This document shows, in pieces, positions 48,545 to 64,000 of a DNA stretch of 64,000 nt. Under the pieces are notes generated by a model. That model ran no database searches. It had not been told where the DNA came from and saw nothing but the letters and a program-made list of their open reading frames with translations. Both the position numbers and the translations under genes were made by a program. The DNA lies in the NCBI RefSeq assembly GCF_009914755.1, contig NC_060933.1. The stretch is one strand, 5' to 3'. Position 1 is the first letter of the stretch. Every line of letters starts with the position of its first letter. Source of the DNA: the human T2T-CHM13v2.0 reference genome, Homo sapiens.

Positions 48545-48897
48545 TTAGATCTTATACTAAATTTGTTGTGATTTTTGACAGGTTTATTTTGTAGGCATGA
48601 CTGATTAAGACATTGGCCATTTGAAAAAACAAACACAAAAATCCCCCCAAAACAACAATAACAAACAGACATGGACCATGTGATTGGGCTCAAAGTCTAG
48701 TCCCTCACACCTCCATGGAGGCAGAGATGGAGGGGGCCCGATGGGCTAAAAGTTCTGACCCCGTAATCGTACAGTGCAGAGGGATTCCATGTGACTAACA
48801 AGACATGCCTATCTTCCAGAAACTCCAAGGATTTTAGGAATTCTTTACTAAGGACCAGGGGCAAACACCAAATATGTATTTTATTATATGATATATT
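48545..48897 (-). mobile_element. MER21-family LTR fragment
   Basis: CCAGAAACTCCAAGGATTTTAGGAA...GGACCAGGGGCAAACACCAAATATGTATTTTATTATA resembles the recalled MER21 terminus. Confidence 0.6.
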
Positions 48898-49392
48898 CCT
48901 ATCAGCTCCCCCAGTTAAACATATGATATGAGCCAAACCCATGCGCTTGCTATGCAAATGCAACTTCAAGACCAGGCCCCTAACACCACCTTCCAAAGAA
49001 ATTCAGGAGCTACTATTGCTATCCAGTGAGACTCAATCGGGGCCAGCTAGAAGGCCTGGGCACACCACTTCACCTCACCTCCAGAGTGCTTTCCTCTCTT
49101 GTGAACTGGAGATAACTCAGGTCTCAGTCTCAGAGGGTTGTGTAAGATGATGTGCGTCTGAGTGCCTCGCAGGTAGGGCTTGCACGATCAACATTCAGTC
49201 CTCCTCCTGAGAATTATTTAAGTCCCTGGTCCTCCTGGCCCCCACTGTGCTGTTCTCTCACCCCTGTGGGAATGTCCATGTCTTCCTTGTCACGAACCCC
49301 AATCCTCTCCACACACACACACACACACACACAAACACATATGACACCCCCACCCCAGCCACCACACCCAGCACCAATAACTGCTACCATCA

Positions 49393-49779
<387 letters not shown>

Positions 49780-49913
49780 CTACAGTAACCATTTGTACAA
49801 AGTTGTGGGGGTGTCTGAGGTTCTTCTGGGCATTCTTCACAAGTTAGATCAGCCATCAGCATGAGTGTGAAGCAGAGAGAAGCCGTCAATAAGGATCTTA
49901 ATAACTTAAACAT

Positions 49914-49919
49914 TTTATT
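49914..49919 (-). terminator. KYAT1: KYAT1 polyadenylation signal (AATAAA, minus strand)
   Basis: TTTATT on the + strand about 440 nt beyond the stop. Confidence 0.7.
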
Positions 49920-50360
49920 ATGGACGAAAAGGAGAGGCTTGAGGACTCAAGCCTAAAGGCAACTCCCCAAGGCCAAGATGAGCCAGGGAAGGTGAGGTTA
50001 TACCTGAGCCTTAGCAGGGGCCATGCAGAGCTGGGATGTGATCGGTACATGGTGGAAGTCTACCGTCCGTCTCAGCCAAGCCTGGAGAGACCAGAAGCAA
50101 CACAAGACCCTACAAACCCACCTATGGAGGGGCAGGGAGAGGCCCAGGTCAGGCCACCCTCACCTTTCAGACAGGAGGCACTTGGTTCTCTAAGATGAAG
50201 AAGGGCGGCTCCCACCCAGAACATTCTGTGTCACGGAGAAGAGGTTTCCCAATAGCATCTTCCCCAACCTAGAAATGTCTGAAACCTGGACAAAGACAGA
50301 CACTCAAAGAGGATCTCTGCGGGCATGTGGGGATGTCAGGGCCAAGGCGTGACTTCAGGG

Positions 50361-62179
<11,819 letters not shown>

Positions 62180-62983
62180 GGCGAGCTGGAGACGAACAAG
62201 TGGAAGGTCAGAGATGGAATCTGTCTGGGTGCAGCAGTCCGAGCTTGCACACAGGAGGGACAGCTGCTTTCAGGCCACAGCGCCATCCTGTCTGCTCCCA
62301 GGAGGGGGAAGAGATAGAGTTTGCAGAAGGGCAGGTTTCTGCCTGCCTCCCAAGCCTGTTATGCTCCAACACCCTCACCTGGTTCCTCTTGACTCCAGCA
62401 GCCTCCACCTCCCCAGCCTGCAGGGGCTGCCTGGCGCCTGCCCAGTGGAGACTTCCAGCCCTGGCTCCATGCGTCCTGAGACAGAGCCCTGACTTGGCCA
62501 GGTTAAAGTCTGACTCAGGAAGGGCTGAGGGTTAAAGAAGAGGAGCAGGAGGTGGGTGGAGCGGAGAGGGAGGATAATGGCAACAGTGACAGCAGCAGCC
62601 TCCACTTACAGAGGTCTTGCTAAGCACTTCCATTTCATTCCCTGAATGACCTGGTCAGGCCTATCTTATCAATGAGAAAACAGAAGGTGGAAAACAGAGG
62701 CTGGAGGGTGCAGGAGGGGGAGTGATGTGTTTAAGGCCACACAACACACACACTCAGACTTAGGCCTGTTGGACCCAAGGCCATGTCCTAACTCTGAGGG
62801 AGGCACTAATCCGCTCCTCGGAGGGTCCCGGGGTCCTGGCTCCTGGCTCGCCCCTCCCCTCCCGGTGTTCCTCCCAGGCCAGCTCCCTCCTCAGCCACTG
62901 GTGTGCAGAAACTGGCCAGGGGCTGGGCACAGTGGCTCACGCCTGTAATCCCAGCACTTTGGGAGGCTGAGGCGGGCAGATCA

Positions 62984-63223
<240 letters not shown>

Positions 63224-63453
63224 TTATCTGGGCGTCATGACACATGCCTGTAATCCCAGCTACTCAGGAGGCTGAGGCCTAAGAATCACTTGAACCTGGG
63301 AGATGGAGATTGCAGTGGGCCAAGATCGTGCCAGCCACTGCACTCCTGCCCGACCCAACGAGCAAGACTCTACCAAAAAAAAAAAAAAAAAAAAAAAAAG
63401 AAAGAAAGAAATTGGCCAGACCTGAGAGCCACCAAACTCAGGTCCTAACCCAC

Positions 63454-63630
63454 CTTGGCTGGGTGACCCTGGATAGGTAATTTGGCTCCTCCTGTCCTCA
63501 GAATCCCTTCAGCAGCAGGGACCTCACATGGGCTTTGTGGTCCCTGAGGAACCTTCCGTTCCTGTGGGTTTGCCAGTCCCAGATGGCTGGTGGGCCGTGG
63601 AGCTGGGGATCCAACATTCTTCTCAGCCAC
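63454..63630 (-). other. KYAT1: Candidate upstream KYAT1 cassette exon (177 or 180 nt, open in the KYAT1 frame)
   Basis: CAGCAG|GTG acceptor and AAG|GTGGGT donor; 59 stop-free codons VAEKNV...HPAK, in frame with LA-MAKQ. Confidence 0.55.
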
Positions 63631-64000
63631 CTGCTGTGGTCAATAGTGAACCCTGGCTCAGGATTTTGCTCAGTTCCACCTCGCTCAGTTCCCACTGCAC
63701 TCTCACTAGAGGTGCCACAATAGTCTCCATCTAACAGATGAGGACACTGAGGCTTGAAGAGGCTCAGGTACCTGCCCAGGGTCAGAAGAGAAGCTGGCAA
63801 GGACCTGGTCAGGGTGGCAGCCACAGTAATCTCAACACCAGGCCCCCCTGTCCTGGAGGGGCCTTGGGACCATTTGAGTAAGTGCCAGGTCTTCCATGGC
63901 CCAGGAACCCCACCGCGCCTGGCTCAGTTGACATTTATTGAGTCCCTACCAGGTACTGGGTTCTGGGATGGGCACAGGGGATCATGGGAAGCAGCACCCT

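Overview
Human (primate) genomic DNA, extremely Alu-rich, matching the 9q34.11 cluster TBC1D13 (+) - ENDOG (+) - SPOUT1/C9orf114 (-) - KYAT1/CCBL1 (-). I rebuilt all four coding sequences exon by exon from GT-AG boundaries. They close in frame at 400, 297, 376 and 422 aa, which are the lengths I recall for these proteins. The first exon and promoter of KYAT1 lie beyond the right edge. There are CpG-island promoters for TBC1D13, ENDOG and SPOUT1. The TBC1D13-ENDOG gap is an old L1 body broken up by many Alus and a Tigger3 element. I found no tRNA, rRNA, CRISPR array or new protein-coding gene; most of the six-frame ORFs are Alu or GC-rich artefacts. The best leads concern gene architecture: (1) antisense overlap of the SPOUT1 3' UTR with ENDOG coding exons, with a distal poly(A) signal inside a MER1A transposon; (2) a phase-compatible 767-aa KYAT1-SPOUT1 fusion; (3) an in-frame upstream KYAT1 cassette exon with a NAGNAG acceptor; (4) a 39-bp minisatellite lying in both overlapping genes; (5) an old duplication between two KYAT1 introns; (6) a stop-free, ATG-led TBC1D13 exon 8-9 module flanked by inverted Alus. 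The sequence alone does not show that any of these is a new system. Repeat subfamily calls come from remembered consensus sequences, and repeat boundaries are approximate.
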